From Gammaproteobacteria bacterium (lineage in GTDB: Bacteria; Pseudomonadota; Gammaproteobacteria; Ga0077536): 64,000 bases of DNA. Location of the stretch: the NCBI GenBank assembly GCA_041984235.1, contig JBHIYN010000016.1:67058-131057 (forward strand), written 5' to 3'. A program made the position numbers and the translations under genes. Below, piece after piece: positions 25,719-35,837 of this stretch (positions are counted from its first letter, which is position 1; each line of letters starts with the position of its first letter). A model generated the notes under the pieces. The model did no database searches and had not been told where the DNA came from. It saw only the letters and a list, made by a program, of their open reading frames with translations.

Positions 25719-27068
25719 TCAGGTTGTGAGTATCCTTTCCAGATTGGCGTAATCCTCCTGGATACGCGAATCGCTGGCTTTCAGTTCCGCTACCTTGCGG
25801 CAGGCATGGATGACCGTGGTGTGGTCGCGCCCGCCGAAGGCATCGCCGATCTCGGGCAGGCTGTGGTTGGTGAGGTCCTTGGACAGCGCCATCGCCACCT
25901 GGCGCGGTCGCGCGATCGACCGGTTGCGGCGCTTGGAGAGCAGGTCGGCGACCCGGATCTTGTAGTACTCCGCGACCGTCTTCTGGATGTTGTCCATGGT
26001 TACCATGCGATCCTGCAGGGCGAGCAGGTCGCGCAGGCCTTCCTTGGCGAACTCGAGCGTGATCGGGTTGCCGGTGAAATTGGCGTTGGCGACGACCCGG
26101 TGCAGGGCCCCCTCCAGCTCGCGGATGTTGGAGCGGAAACGCTTGCCGATGAAGAAGGCGACCTCGTGGGGCAGATCGATGCCGTTCTGGTGCGCCTTGC
26201 GCATCAGGATCGCGACCCGCGTCTCCAGTTCCGGCGGCTCTATGGCCACCGTGAGGCCCCAGCCGAAGCGTGACTTGAGCCGCTCGGCGACCCCGGAGAC
26301 CTCCTTGGGATAGCGGTCGCAGGTCAGCACGATCTGCTGCTGACCCTCAAGTAGGGCATTGAAAGTATGGAAGAATTCTTCCTGGGAGCGTTCCTTGCCG
26401 GCGAAGAACTGGATGTCGTCGATGAGCAGCGCGTCGACCGAGCGGTAGAAGCGTTTGAACTCGTTAATGGCGTTGTGCTGCAGGGCCTTGACCATGTCGG
26501 CGACGAAGCGCTCGGAGTGCAGGTAGACCACCCGGGCGCCGTCACGGCTGCCGCCGATGAGATTGCCGACGGCGTGCATGAGGTGGGTCTTGCCCAGTCC
26601 GACGCCACCGCAGATGAACAGGGGGTTATAGGCTTTTCCCGGGTTTTCAGCAACTTGCAGGGACGCGGCGCGGGCGAGCTGGTTCGATTTACCCTCGACG
26701 AAGCTGTCGAAGGTGAACTCCGCCTTGAGTCCCGAGGCGTGCTTGCCGCCCGGTTCGGCCGGGCGCCTGGGCGCCGGCCGGCGGGCTTCCGGCGCTGCCG
26801 CGGGCGGCGCGGGTGTGCGCGCTTCAGCGCTGCCGACGGCGATGCGCAGTGCGAATTCAGGGCCCGGCGCGAGATCGTCGACGATCAGCTGGATGCGCTC
26901 CGAGTACTTGTCCCTGATCCAGTCGAGCACGAAGCGGTTGGGCGCCAGGATCGCCAGGCTGTCACCTTCCTCGACCGCCTGCAGGGGCCGGATCCAGGTG
27001 TTGAATTGCTGCGGCGACAGCTCGCGTTCGAGCTGTTGCAGGCATTGCTGCCAGATGGAATCGTGCAC
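25719..27068 (-). CDS. dnaA: chromosomal replication initiator protein DnaA
   Basis: 449 aa with AAA+ motifs [13 protein letters not shown] and the C-terminal DNA-binding domain. Confidence 0.95.
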   Translation of the reverse strand: MHDSIWQQCLQQLERELSPQQFNTWIRPLQAVEEGDSLAILAPNRFVLDWIRDKYSERIQLIVDDLAPGPEFALRIAVGSAEARTPAPPAAAPEARRPAPRRPAEPGGKHASGLKAEFTFDSFVEGKSNQLARAASLQVAENPGKAYNPLFICGGVGLGKTHLMHAVGNLIGGSRDGARVVYLHSERFVADMVKALQHNAINEFKRFYRSVDALLIDDIQFFAGKERSQEEFFHTFNALLEGQQQIVLTCDRYPKEVSGVAERLKSRFGWGLTVAIEPPELETRVAILMRKAHQNGIDLPHEVAFFIGKRFRSNIRELEGALHRVVANANFTGNPITLEFAKEGLRDLLALQDRMVTMDNIQKTVAEYYKIRVADLLSKRRNRSIARPRQVAMALSKDLTNHSLPEIGDAFGGRDHTTVIHACRKVAELKASDSRIQEDYANLERILTT

Positions 27069-27134
27069 CGTTCAGGTCGTCTCGCGGGGCCGGGTCGGTT
27101 GTGGTCGGGGCGAGTGTAACCGCCTTAACCGAGC

Positions 27135-27207
27135 TTATCCACAGGCCGCGCCGGGACCCAATACAGACCTGAAAAGATTGACATTTTTTCGTCAACCCGC
27201 CTATTAT
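27135..27207 (+). promoter_or_regulatory. dnaA/rpmH divergent control region: DnaA box and putative rpmH sigma-70 promoter
   Basis: TTATCCACA at 27135-27143. TTGACA at 27178-27183 and TATTAT at 27202-27207 with an 18-bp spacer, upstream of rpmH. Confidence 0.45.
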
Positions 27208-27273
27208 CGCGGCCCTTTTTCGGGGCCCTGCCCGGCAGTGCCTTGGTCTTACCCTACGAGCATGTCTTGAACC

Positions 27274-27411
27274 ATGAAACACACATTTCAACCCGGACGA
27301 CTGAAACGCGCACGCAAGCACGGCTTCCGCGCGCGCATGAAGACCAAGGCAGGCCGACGCGTGATCAAGGCCCGCCGTGCGCGCGGACGCGCTCGCCTGG
27401 CCGCGCAATAG
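27274..27411 (+). CDS. rpmH: 50S ribosomal protein L34
   Basis: [45 protein letters not shown], 45 aa. Confidence 0.9.
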   Translation: MKHTFQPGRLKRARKHGFRARMKTKAGRRVIKARRARGRARLAAQ

Positions 27412-27812
27412 TCTGCTCCGAGCGGCGTAGCACGACGCCGCAGCACGCGTTTCCTTTCCGCCCTGCGCAGCGCATCCTGCGCAGTTCCGAATTCGTTCAC
27501 GTCATGCGTGACGGCAAGCGTCTGCGGCATGCTGCCTACACCCTGCACTACCTGCCCAATCGTGTCGGTCATGCGCGACTCGGCCTCGCGATCGGGCGAC
27601 GCGTCTCTCCGCATGCCGTGATCCGCAATACGCTCAAGCGCATCGTGCGCGAACGCTTTCGTCACCTGGCGCCGCGCCTGCCGGCACTCGACATCGTGCT
27701 AAACGCACGCGCGCCTGCCGCGCAGCTCGACCGTCGCACCCTCGCGGCCGCCGTTGACGACGCACTGCTGCAACTCGCCGTGCGCCATCCTCCTGAACCC
27801 GAAGCGCACTGA
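27411..27812 (+). CDS. rnpA: ribonuclease P protein component (start codon unresolved)
   Basis: FPFRPAQRILRSSEFVHV...GLAIGRRVSPHAVIRNTLKRIVRE is collinear with RnpA. No ATG/GTG/TTG lies in frame upstream of the conserved N-terminus. The first ATG (27504) would truncate the protein. Confidence 0.75.
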   Translation, partial: VCSERRSTTPQHAFPFRPAQRILRSSEFVHVMRDGKRLRHAAYTLHYLPNRVGHARLGLAIGRRVSPHAVIRNTLKRIVRERFRHLAPRLPALDIVLNARAPAAQLDRRTLAAAVDDALLQLAVRHPPEPEAH

Positions 27813-27825
27813 AGCCCGCCGTTCC

Positions 27826-29481
27826 ATGGATAACATCCGTCTCGCTCTCGTCGTCGCCCTGTCCTTTCTCGGGCTCATGCTGTGGCAGGCCTGGGAACAG
27901 GACTACGGTCGCGTTGCCGCGCCGCCGCCCATGCCCGCTGCCGACACGGATGCACCGGCTTTCGAGCTGCCGGCAACCCCGCCGCCTGCAACACCGGTCG
28001 CCGGTGCGCCGGACGTCGAGCTACCCGACGCGGCGATGACCCCGTCGCCCGCAGCGCACGAGGCAGCGACCGAGATCACGATCGTCTCCGACGTTCTCGC
28101 GCTCACCGTTTCCAGCGAGGGCGGCAACCTGGTGCGCACCGCGCTGCGCCAGTATCCCCTGGACCCGGACGTGCCCGAGGTTCCGGTCGAGTTGCTCGGT
28201 GTCGCGCCGCCCCGCATCTACGTCGCCGAAGGCGGACTCGCCGGTGATCGTGCGTTGCCCAATCATCACTCACCCTACCGCTTCCGGGCCACGCACTACG
28301 CGCTGGCCGACGGTGCGGACAGGCTGGTCGTACCGCTGACGTGGCAGGGTGAAGACGGCGTCACGGTCGAGAAGCGCTACGTTCTCGAGCGCGGCAGTTA
28401 CGAGATCACCATCGAGTACGTGATCGACAACGGCTCGGAAGAAGCGTTGCGCGTGCACGACTACGCACAGCTCAAGCGCAACGAGGAGTCGTCGCGCCAG
28501 GGCATGGTCTACACCTACACCGGTGCCGTGCTCTCGACCCCAGAGCAACGCTTCGAGAAATACGATCTCGACGATCTCGAAGAGCAGCCGCTAGACGTCG
28601 CGGCAAGCGATGCCTGGGTCGGCATCATGCAGCATTACTTCGTGTCCGCGCTGATCCCGCCGGCCGGCCGTGCTTACCAGTTCTACTCCAAGGTGCTGGA
28701 CAACGCCGTCTACCTGGTCGGCTTTCTCGGTCCCGCGGCCGAGGTCGCGCCGGGCGCACAGGCGCGGCTCGCGGCGACGCTCTTCATCGGACCCAAGCGC
28801 CACGATCTGATCGAGTCGGTGACCCCGGGTCTCGAGCTGACCGTCGACTACGGCATCCTGTGGTTCATCGCCAAGCCGCTGTTCGTGGTGCTGCGCATGA
28901 TCCACGACCTGATCGGCAACTGGGGTTGGGCCATCGTGATCCTCACGATCCTGCTCAAGCTGGTGTTCTACCCGCTCTCGGCGGCCGGTTATCGTTCGAT
29001 GGCCAACATGCGGCGCGTGCAGCCGCGCATGCTCGCCATGCGCGACCGTTACAAGGACGATCGTGCGCAGCTCAACCAGGCCATGATGCAGCTCTACAAG
29101 GAAGAGAAGATCAATCCGCTCGGCGGCTGCCTGCCGATCCTGATCCAGATCCCGGTGTTCATCGCGCTCTACTGGGTGCTGCTCGAGAGCGTGGAGATGC
29201 GCCAGGCGCCGTTCATCCTGTGGATCAACGATCTCTCGACGCGCGATCCGCTGTTCGTGCTGCCGCTGCTGATGGGCATCAGCATGTGGGGCCAGCAGAA
29301 GCTGAACCCCGCACCGCTGGACCCGACCCAGGCCAAGGTCATGCAGATCCTGCCGTTCGTGTTCACGGTGTTCTTTGCCTTCTTCCCCGCGGGCCTGGTG
29401 CTGTACTGGCTGGTCAACAACATCCTGTCGATTGCCCAGCAGTGGCAGATCACGCGCCAGATCGAGCAGGCCGCGGACTGA
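27826..29481 (+). CDS. yidC: membrane protein insertase YidC
   Basis: 552 aa from MDNIRLALVVALSFLGLMLWQAWEQDYG, with a periplasmic domain and C-terminal 5-TM region. Confidence 0.9.
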   Translation: MDNIRLALVVALSFLGLMLWQAWEQDYGRVAAPPPMPAADTDAPAFELPATPPPATPVAGAPDVELPDAAMTPSPAAHEAATEITIVSDVLALTVSSEGGNLVRTALRQYPLDPDVPEVPVELLGVAPPRIYVAEGGLAGDRALPNHHSPYRFRATHYALADGADRLVVPLTWQGEDGVTVEKRYVLERGSYEITIEYVIDNGSEEALRVHDYAQLKRNEESSRQGMVYTYTGAVLSTPEQRFEKYDLDDLEEQPLDVAASDAWVGIMQHYFVSALIPPAGRAYQFYSKVLDNAVYLVGFLGPAAEVAPGAQARLAATLFIGPKRHDLIESVTPGLELTVDYGILWFIAKPLFVVLRMIHDLIGNWGWAIVILTILLKLVFYPLSAAGYRSMANMRRVQPRMLAMRDRYKDDRAQLNQAMMQLYKEEKINPLGGCLPILIQIPVFIALYWVLLESVEMRQAPFILWINDLSTRDPLFVLPLLMGISMWGQQKLNPAPLDPTQAKVMQILPFVFTVFFAFFPAGLVLYWLVNNILSIAQQWQITRQIEQAAD

Positions 29482-29503
29482 CCGTCCGCTGACGGGCACG
29501 GCG

Positions 29504-30841
29504 GTGACCACCGAGACCATCGTCGCGGTGTCCACGCCCCCGGGCCGCGGTGGCATCGGCGTGGTGCGCCTCGCCGGTCCCGCCGCCGCCGCGATTGCCA
29601 GGCAGATCTGCGGTATCGATCTGCGTCCGCGCCACGCGCACTTCGCGCAGTTCCGGGATGCCGACGGTTGCAGCATCGACGCCGGTATCGTGATCCACTA
29701 CCCGGCGCCCGGTTCCTATACCGGTGACGACGTCAGCGAGCTGCAGGCACACGGCAGCCCGGTGGTGCTCGACCAGCTCGTGCAGCGCGCCTTGGCACTG
29801 GGCGCGCGCGCCGCGCGTCCGGGCGAGTTCACCGAGCGCGCGTTCCTGAACGACCGGCTGGACCTGGCCCAGGCCGAGGCGGTGGCCGATCTGATCGCCG
29901 CGCAAAGCGTGCGCGCCGCGCGTGCCGCGCAGCGCAGCCTTGCCGGCGAGTTCGGGCAGGCGGTCGCGGCGATCGTCGCGGCGGTGCGGGCGGCACGCGC
30001 CGAGCTCGAGGCCGGCATCGATTTCGCCGAAGACGTCGACGACTCCGACCTGCTCCGCGACCAGGCGCAGCGCCGCGCGGATCTGCTCGACACGCTGGAC
30101 GACGTCATCGCGCGTGCGAGCAGCGGTGCGCGACTGCGCTCCGGCGCCACGCTGGCCATCGCCGGCGCACCCAACGTCGGCAAGTCGTCGTTGCTGAATC
30201 GCCTGGCCGCGCGCGAGCGCGCCATCGTTTCCGATCGGCCGGGCACCACGCGCGACCTGGTCGAAGCCGATATCCTGGTCGCCGGCCTGCCGCTGACGGT
30301 GATCGATACCGCCGGGCTGCGGGTGAGTGCCGATGACGTCGAACGCGAAGGCATGGCGCGCGCCGAGCAGGCGATCGCGGCGGCCGACCTGACCCTGCTG
30401 GTGACCGACGATCCCAACCAGTGCGACGCGCAGACCCTGTGGCAGGCACTGGGCCGCCACGATGCGCCGCCGGCCACGCACGTCGTGGTGCTGAACAAGA
30501 TCGACCGCCTCGGTGTCGTGGCCGGTTGCCGTGACGGTGTCGTGAGCCTGTCCGCGCTGAGTGGCGCCGGCCTCGATGCCTTGCATAGCGTGATCGCCAA
30601 CCGCCTCGGCGTGGACGAAGCGGCAGAGAACGAGTACGCGGCGCAGCAACGTCACCTCGACGCCTTGCGCGCCGCGCGCGAGGCGCTGGCGGGCATCGAC
30701 GAAACGCTGGTCGGCGAGCATCCCGAGATCGCCGCCGAGCATTACCGTCGCGCCGACGCCGCGCTCGAAACGATCGCCGGGCGCCACACCAGCGAAGACT
30801 TGCTCGGTGCCATCTTCGCGCGTTTCTGTATCGGCAAGTGA
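29504..30841 (+). CDS. mnmE: tRNA modification GTPase MnmE
   Basis: GTG start, TIVAVSTPPGRGGIGVVRLAG. G-domain AGAPNVGKSSLLN and C-terminal CIGK. Confidence 0.9.
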   Translation: MTTETIVAVSTPPGRGGIGVVRLAGPAAAAIARQICGIDLRPRHAHFAQFRDADGCSIDAGIVIHYPAPGSYTGDDVSELQAHGSPVVLDQLVQRALALGARAARPGEFTERAFLNDRLDLAQAEAVADLIAAQSVRAARAAQRSLAGEFGQAVAAIVAAVRAARAELEAGIDFAEDVDDSDLLRDQAQRRADLLDTLDDVIARASSGARLRSGATLAIAGAPNVGKSSLLNRLAARERAIVSDRPGTTRDLVEADILVAGLPLTVIDTAGLRVSADDVEREGMARAEQAIAAADLTLLVTDDPNQCDAQTLWQALGRHDAPPATHVVVLNKIDRLGVVAGCRDGVVSLSALSGAGLDALHSVIANRLGVDEAAENEYAAQQRHLDALRAAREALAGIDETLVGEHPEIAAEHYRRADAALETIAGRHTSEDLLGAIFARFCIGK

Positions 30842-31746
30842 GCGCTACGCCCGCCCTGCTGGTGATCACGCTGAGCAACGTCGGCGACGTCGTCATGACC
30901 ACGCCGGTGATGGAAGCGCTGGCCGCAGCCTATCCGGCGAGCCGTATCGACGTCGTCGCCGACGCGCGCTCGTCCGACCTGCTCGCCGCCGCACCGTGGC
31001 TGGGCCGGCTGTACCATCGTCACAAGCGCGGCGGCGCGGGCGCGCAGTGGCGGCTGTGGCGTGCGCTCAGGCGTACCCGCTACGAGGTCGTGGCGGATCT
31101 GCGCACGGGTTTCCTGCCCTACCTCCTGCGCGCGCGGCACCGGCTGGTGAAACCGCCGCGCGACGCGGCACGCCCGCACGCGGTGGAGGAGCACTTCGCG
31201 GTGCTGGCGCCGCTGCTCGGTGCCGCCTCACCGCCGCCGTGCCGCCTGCATCTTGCCGACCCGGCCCGCGCGGCAGCCAGCGCGCTGCTGGCCGACCTGC
31301 CCGGCCGTCGCTGGCTCGCGATAGCGCCGGGCGCGAACTGGCCGGGCAAGCGCTGGCCGGCGCAGCGCTACCGCGACTTGCTGGCGCTGGCCGCGAGCGA
31401 CTTCGACGCCGCCATCGTGCTCGGCGGGCGTGGCGACCTGGAGACGCCGTTCGACGGCGCGGGGCTGACCCTGGCGCACGCCAACCTCGTCGATCGCACC
31501 ACGCTGCCGGTCGCGGCCGCGGTGCTCGCGCGCGCCGCCGCCTTCGTCGGCAACGATTCCGGGCTGGGCCACATGGCCGCCGCACTCGGCGTGCCGACCC
31601 TGACCGTGTTCGGTCCCGGCCAGCCCGCGCGCTACCGGCCGTGGGGCGCACGCACGCACGTGGTATACGCGCCCGACGACGATCTCGCTGCGCTGGACGC
31701 CGCCACCGTGCACGCCCGGCTGCGCGCCCTGGCGCCGCGCGACTGA
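30838..31746 (+). CDS. glycosyltransferase family 9 (LPS heptosyltransferase-like)
   Basis: 302 aa. GTG start overlaps the mnmE stop. GT9 features LLVITLSNVGDVVMTTP and FVGNDSGLGHMAAALGVP. Confidence 0.75.
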   Translation: MSATPALLVITLSNVGDVVMTTPVMEALAAAYPASRIDVVADARSSDLLAAAPWLGRLYHRHKRGGAGAQWRLWRALRRTRYEVVADLRTGFLPYLLRARHRLVKPPRDAARPHAVEEHFAVLAPLLGAASPPPCRLHLADPARAAASALLADLPGRRWLAIAPGANWPGKRWPAQRYRDLLALAASDFDAAIVLGGRGDLETPFDGAGLTLAHANLVDRTTLPVAAAVLARAAAFVGNDSGLGHMAAALGVPTLTVFGPGQPARYRPWGARTHVVYAPDDDLAALDAATVHARLRALAPRD

Positions 31747-31750
31747 CGCC

Positions 31751-32785
31751 ATGCGTATCGCCCAGGTCATGCTCGCCCGCGGCTTCGGGGGTGCCGAGCG
31801 CTCCTTCGTCGACCTCAGCCGCGCGCTCGCCGCGCGCGGCCACACCGTGCTCGCCATCGGTGAGCGCCGCGGCGTGGCGCTCGGCATGCTCGACGGCGTT
31901 GCCGGGATCACCACCTTGGGGATACGTTGTCACGGCAGCTGGGACCGGCTCGCGGGTCACGCCGTGCGCCGCGCGCTCGCAGGGTTCGCGCCCGCCGTCG
32001 TCCACACCCACCTGGCGCGCGCGGCGCATCTCGGCGGTCGCGCCGCGCACGCCCTGGGCCTGCCGACGCTGGCCAAGACCCACAACCTGGTCGACCTCAA
32101 GTACTACCGCGCGATCGACTGCCTGGTACCGACCACGCAGGCGCAGGCCGACTACCTCGCCGCGCACGGTGTCGCCGCGTCGCGCATCACGCGCATTCCG
32201 AATTTCACCGCGGTGCAGGCGGTGACGACGCTGGCCGCGCAGGCCGAGGGCACGCCGGGGTGCCTGAAGGCGATCGGCCGCTTCGTGCACAAGAAGGGTT
32301 TCGACACGCTGGTCGAGGCGCACGCCGTGCTCGTGCGCGAGGGCCGTGAGGTGACCCTGGAGCTCGCCGGCGACGGACCCGAGCGCGCGCATCTCGAGGG
32401 GCGCATCGCGGCCCTCGGGCTCGGCGCGCGCGTGCGCCTCACCGGCTGGTGTGACGATGTCGCGGCGTTTCTCGACGGCGGCGACCTGTTCGTGCTGCCC
32501 TCGCGCGACGAGCCGTTCGGGATCGTCGTCATCGAAGCCATGGCGCGCGGCGTGCCGGTGCTCGCGACCCGCACCCAGGGTCCGCTGGAGATCCTGCCCG
32601 ACGACTGCGGCTACCTGACCGTGGCCGACGACCCGGCCGCGCTGGCCGCGGCGATCGCCGGCGCGCTGGACGACCCCGACCGGCTCGCCCGCGCGCGCGC
32701 CGCGCTGGCACGCTTCCACGCGCATTACAGCGTGGAACAGGTGGTCACCCGCTACGAGGCGCTCTACGCGCGTCTGGCCGGGTAG
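31751..32785 (+). CDS. glycosyltransferase family 4
   Basis: 344 aa with GT4 C-terminal motif EPFGIVVIEAMARGVPVLAT. Confidence 0.75.
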   Translation: MRIAQVMLARGFGGAERSFVDLSRALAARGHTVLAIGERRGVALGMLDGVAGITTLGIRCHGSWDRLAGHAVRRALAGFAPAVVHTHLARAAHLGGRAAHALGLPTLAKTHNLVDLKYYRAIDCLVPTTQAQADYLAAHGVAASRITRIPNFTAVQAVTTLAAQAEGTPGCLKAIGRFVHKKGFDTLVEAHAVLVREGREVTLELAGDGPERAHLEGRIAALGLGARVRLTGWCDDVAAFLDGGDLFVLPSRDEPFGIVVIEAMARGVPVLATRTQGPLEILPDDCGYLTVADDPAALAAAIAGALDDPDRLARARAALARFHAHYSVEQVVTRYEALYARLAG

Positions 32786-32899
32786 CACCAGGCCATCGCT
32801 GCCGGATGGCGGCGGCGTCCGCCCGCTGCGTTACACGCCTGCGGTGACGCGTACCGACGGCGCGTAACGGTTCGCGCCCGTGGCCTGCCCGTTCTGCGC

Positions 32900-33883
32900 T
32901 CAGGCACGCGGTGGGGCGACCAGGTCTTCCGCGGCGAGCCGCGCCCACACCGTGTCGACGTCGACCGCACCCAGACAGTCCGCGGCGCGCTGCCCGGCGT
33001 GCGCCGGGTCGAGCTCGACGCAGGCGATCACGCGCGCGGCCTGGCCGAGCGCGTGGTTGCGGCGCCAGTCGCTGGGCCCGAACAAACCGAACACCGGAAT
33101 GCCTGCCGCCGACAGCACGTGCATCGGCCCGGAGTCGTTGGTCACGGCGAAGCGTGCGCGGCGACCGAGCTCGGCGAGGGCGACGATGTCGAACGCGCCG
33201 GTGGCATCGAGGCCGCCGCCGCGCGCGCACAGCGTGCGGTTGAGCGCCCGGTCGTCGGGTCCGCCCAGCCACGCCACGTCGTGCCCGGCATCGCGCAGCC
33301 GTGCGGCGAGCTCGGCGAAGTGCGGCCAGCGTTTCTGCGGCCGCGCGGCACTGGCGCCGGCATGCAGCAGCACGGGTGCCCGGCGTGCGGGCAGGTTGTG
33401 CGCCAGCCACGCGTCGACCCGCGCGCGCGCCGTGTCGTCCGCCGGCAGCAGCGGCGTGCGCGCGGTGACCGCGACCCCGGCGCTCGCCAGCACCGCGCAC
33501 AGGCGCTCGAAGATGTGCCCCTCGCCGCGCCAGGGTGTACGCGGGTGATGGGTGTAGGGATAGCGCGCATGATTGCCGACGCGCTCGCCGATCCCGGACA
33601 GCGCGCACAGCACGCCGCTGCGATCGTTGCCCTGCAGATCGTAGACGCGGCTGAAGCCGCCGCCGCGCAGGTAACGCAGCAAGCGCCACATGGCGCGCGC
33701 GCCGCGCCGCGGCAGGGCGACCACCTCGAGCCCGGGCCAGCCCGCGAACAGCGGCGCGAAGGCCGGCGTGGTCAGCAGCGTGCAGTCGTCATCGGCATGG
33801 TGGCGCACGATGGCGTCGACCAGGGGCGTGGCCATGACCACGTCGCCGAGCGCTCCGAGCTTGATGATCGCGATTCGGGCCAT
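32900..33883 (-). CDS. glycosyltransferase family 9 (heptosyltransferase-like)
   Basis: 327 aa, MARIAIIKLGALGDVVMATPL...VTNDSGPMHVLSAAGIPVFGLFGPS. Confidence 0.75.
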   Translation of the reverse strand: MARIAIIKLGALGDVVMATPLVDAIVRHHADDDCTLLTTPAFAPLFAGWPGLEVVALPRRGARAMWRLLRYLRGGGFSRVYDLQGNDRSGVLCALSGIGERVGNHARYPYTHHPRTPWRGEGHIFERLCAVLASAGVAVTARTPLLPADDTARARVDAWLAHNLPARRAPVLLHAGASAARPQKRWPHFAELAARLRDAGHDVAWLGGPDDRALNRTLCARGGGLDATGAFDIVALAELGRRARFAVTNDSGPMHVLSAAGIPVFGLFGPSDWRRNHALGQAARVIACVELDPAHAGQRAADCLGAVDVDTVWARLAAEDLVAPPRA

Positions 33884-33900
33884 GGGGCAGCGGGCAAGGG

Positions 33901-34998
33901 ATGACGGCGAAGACCCGGCCGGCGCGCCGGGCGAGGGTCTACAAGCTTATCCGGTTCGGCTATCCTTCGCCGCTCCCCGCAGCCGCGCCCGCCCCGCGCC
34001 CGAGCCTTCCCATGCCCGCGCCGAAATCGGTACTCGTCGTCAATCTCAAGAGCCTGCCGACCTGGCACCTCGACCTGGCTGCCGCGTTCACGACGCTGGG
34101 CCTGAGCGCCGAGGTCTTCATCACCACGCCGCAGACCCTGCGCGAGCGCTTCGACAAGAGCGTGCGTGGCGCCAAGTGGTTCGAGTCGGATTCGGTACTC
34201 GCGCGCCTGCGCGCACACTGCCGGCGCCTGCGCCCGGAGCTGGTGGTGTTCCTCGGCCTGTTCGTGCTGCCGGCGCGCGTCGCCGAGCTCCTCGCGCAGG
34301 GGCTGGACTACCGGCCGCAGAGCGCGGCGTGGGTGTGCGACTGCTTCCGCCAGCCGCAGTTTGCCGACTGGGCGCCGGCCGACCATGCGTTCTACTTCGA
34401 TACCTTCATGCGCGAGGTCCTGCCGGCCTATTACCCGGATGCGACCGCGACCAGCTTCCTGCCGCTGGCGGCCAGCCCCGAGCGCTATCGTCCGCTGCCC
34501 GGCGCCGCGACCCACGGCGCGCGCGACGCGGCGCTGGTCTTCGCCGGCAACGTCTCGGCCAACCGCCGCGCGCTGATCGAGCAGGTCGCGCCGCGCCTGC
34601 CACTCGCGGTACACGGACCGAATGCCGCCGGCCGTACCCGCGACCGCCGCCGCAAGCTCGACAGCGCGACCATCAATGCGCTCTACAATCAGCATGCCAT
34701 GGTGCTCAACATCAACCAGTCGCCGAACACCGAGCACGGCCTCAACCTGCGCGCGTTCGAGGTCACCGCGGCCGGCGCGGTGCTGCTGACCCAGGACTGT
34801 GCCGACCTGCCGCTGCACTTCGAGCCGGGCCGGGAGGTGCTCTGCTACGGCTCGGCCGACGAGCTGGTGGCGTGCTACCAGGCGGCGGTCGGCGATCGCA
34901 CGCACCTCGCTGCCATCGCCGCCGCCGGCCTCGCGCGCACCCGCGCCGCGCACACCTTCGTGCACCGCGCGCGCGACATGCTGCGCGCCTTCACCTGA
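33901..34998 (+). CDS. putative glycosyltransferase (CgeB/DUF3880-like GT-B fold); start uncertain (alt. ATG 34011)
   Basis: C-terminal GT-B-like region NLRAFEVTAAGAVLLTQ...VLCYGSADELVA. The N-terminal 37 aa are Pro/Ala-rich, so the later start is likely. Confidence 0.5.
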   Translation: MTAKTRPARRARVYKLIRFGYPSPLPAAAPAPRPSLPMPAPKSVLVVNLKSLPTWHLDLAAAFTTLGLSAEVFITTPQTLRERFDKSVRGAKWFESDSVLARLRAHCRRLRPELVVFLGLFVLPARVAELLAQGLDYRPQSAAWVCDCFRQPQFADWAPADHAFYFDTFMREVLPAYYPDATATSFLPLAASPERYRPLPGAATHGARDAALVFAGNVSANRRALIEQVAPRLPLAVHGPNAAGRTRDRRRKLDSATINALYNQHAMVLNINQSPNTEHGLNLRAFEVTAAGAVLLTQDCADLPLHFEPGREVLCYGSADELVACYQAAVGDRTHLAAIAAAGLARTRAAHTFVHRARDMLRAFT

Positions 34999-35006
34999 GC
35001 AGCGCG

Positions 35007-35837
35007 GTGATCGATCCGCACGCCCACGTCTCGCGCCTGGCCTGCAGCTGGCACGCGCAGCGCCGCGCGCTGGGCAACTTCTCCTTCCGCCGGCACCGCC
35101 GCTTCGATGCCTTCATCGTGACCATGCACCAGAGCGGCACGCACTGGCTGAAGTACCTGCTGACCCTGATGATCGCGCGCGAGCGCGGGCTGCCGCCGCC
35201 GCAGTCGATCAGCGACAACATCGCCATCGGCGGGCCGCGCGAGACGCCGCGCCACGACCTGCGCCCGCGCCTCGGCCAGAGCCACACCATTCCCTCGCCG
35301 CTGCTCGACCTCGCGCTCGGCGTGCCCGGCGCGGGCTTTCCCGACTACCTCGTGCTGGTGCGTGACGTGCGCGACGTGCTGCTCGCGCACTACCGCAAGT
35401 GGCAGACGCGCTACGACTGCTCGTTCTCCGAGTACCTGCGCGGCGACGTCACCCGGCGGCGCTTCGAGAAGGACGTGTGGTGGGACTTCCGCTTTCTCAA
35501 TGCCTGGGGCGCGATCGCCGCGCACCATCCGCGCCGCGTGCAGGTGCTGCGCTACGAGGACCTGCTGCGTGACCCGGCCGCCGAGCTGCGCGCGGTGGTG
35601 GCCTTCCTGCGCATCCCGCTGGCCGACGTCGACGCCGCGATCGCGTACGCACTGGCCGGCGCAAGCAAGGACGCGATGGCCGCGCGCGACAGCCGGCCCT
35701 ACGGCATGGCCGTGGTCAACGACGAGGTGCGCGACTGGGACACCTGGTACGCACCGGCCGACCGCGCCTGGCTGCGCGAGGCCTGCCGGCGCCACCTGCA
35801 CCACGACTTCGGTTACGGCTATGCCGACTGGCACTGA
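35007..35837 (+). CDS. sulfotransferase family protein
   Basis: GTG start. PAPS-binding 5'-PSB-like motif TMHQSGTHWLKYLL and the downstream RDVRDVLLAHY (3'-PB region). Confidence 0.6.
   Translation: MIDPHAHVSRLACSWHAQRRALGNFSFRRHRRFDAFIVTMHQSGTHWLKYLLTLMIARERGLPPPQSISDNIAIGGPRETPRHDLRPRLGQSHTIPSPLLDLALGVPGAGFPDYLVLVRDVRDVLLAHYRKWQTRYDCSFSEYLRGDVTRRRFEKDVWWDFRFLNAWGAIAAHHPRRVQVLRYEDLLRDPAAELRAVVAFLRIPLADVDAAIAYALAGASKDAMAARDSRPYGMAVVNDEVRDWDTWYAPADRAWLREACRRHLHHDFGYGYADWH

Noticed and set aside
33690-35837. 715-aa ORF spanning GT9, CgeB-like GT and sulfotransferase regions
   Set aside because: Only the last 276 codons (from GTG 35007) show a real sulfotransferase domain. The upstream part is antisense to the GT9 gene or in a different frame from the CgeB-like gene.
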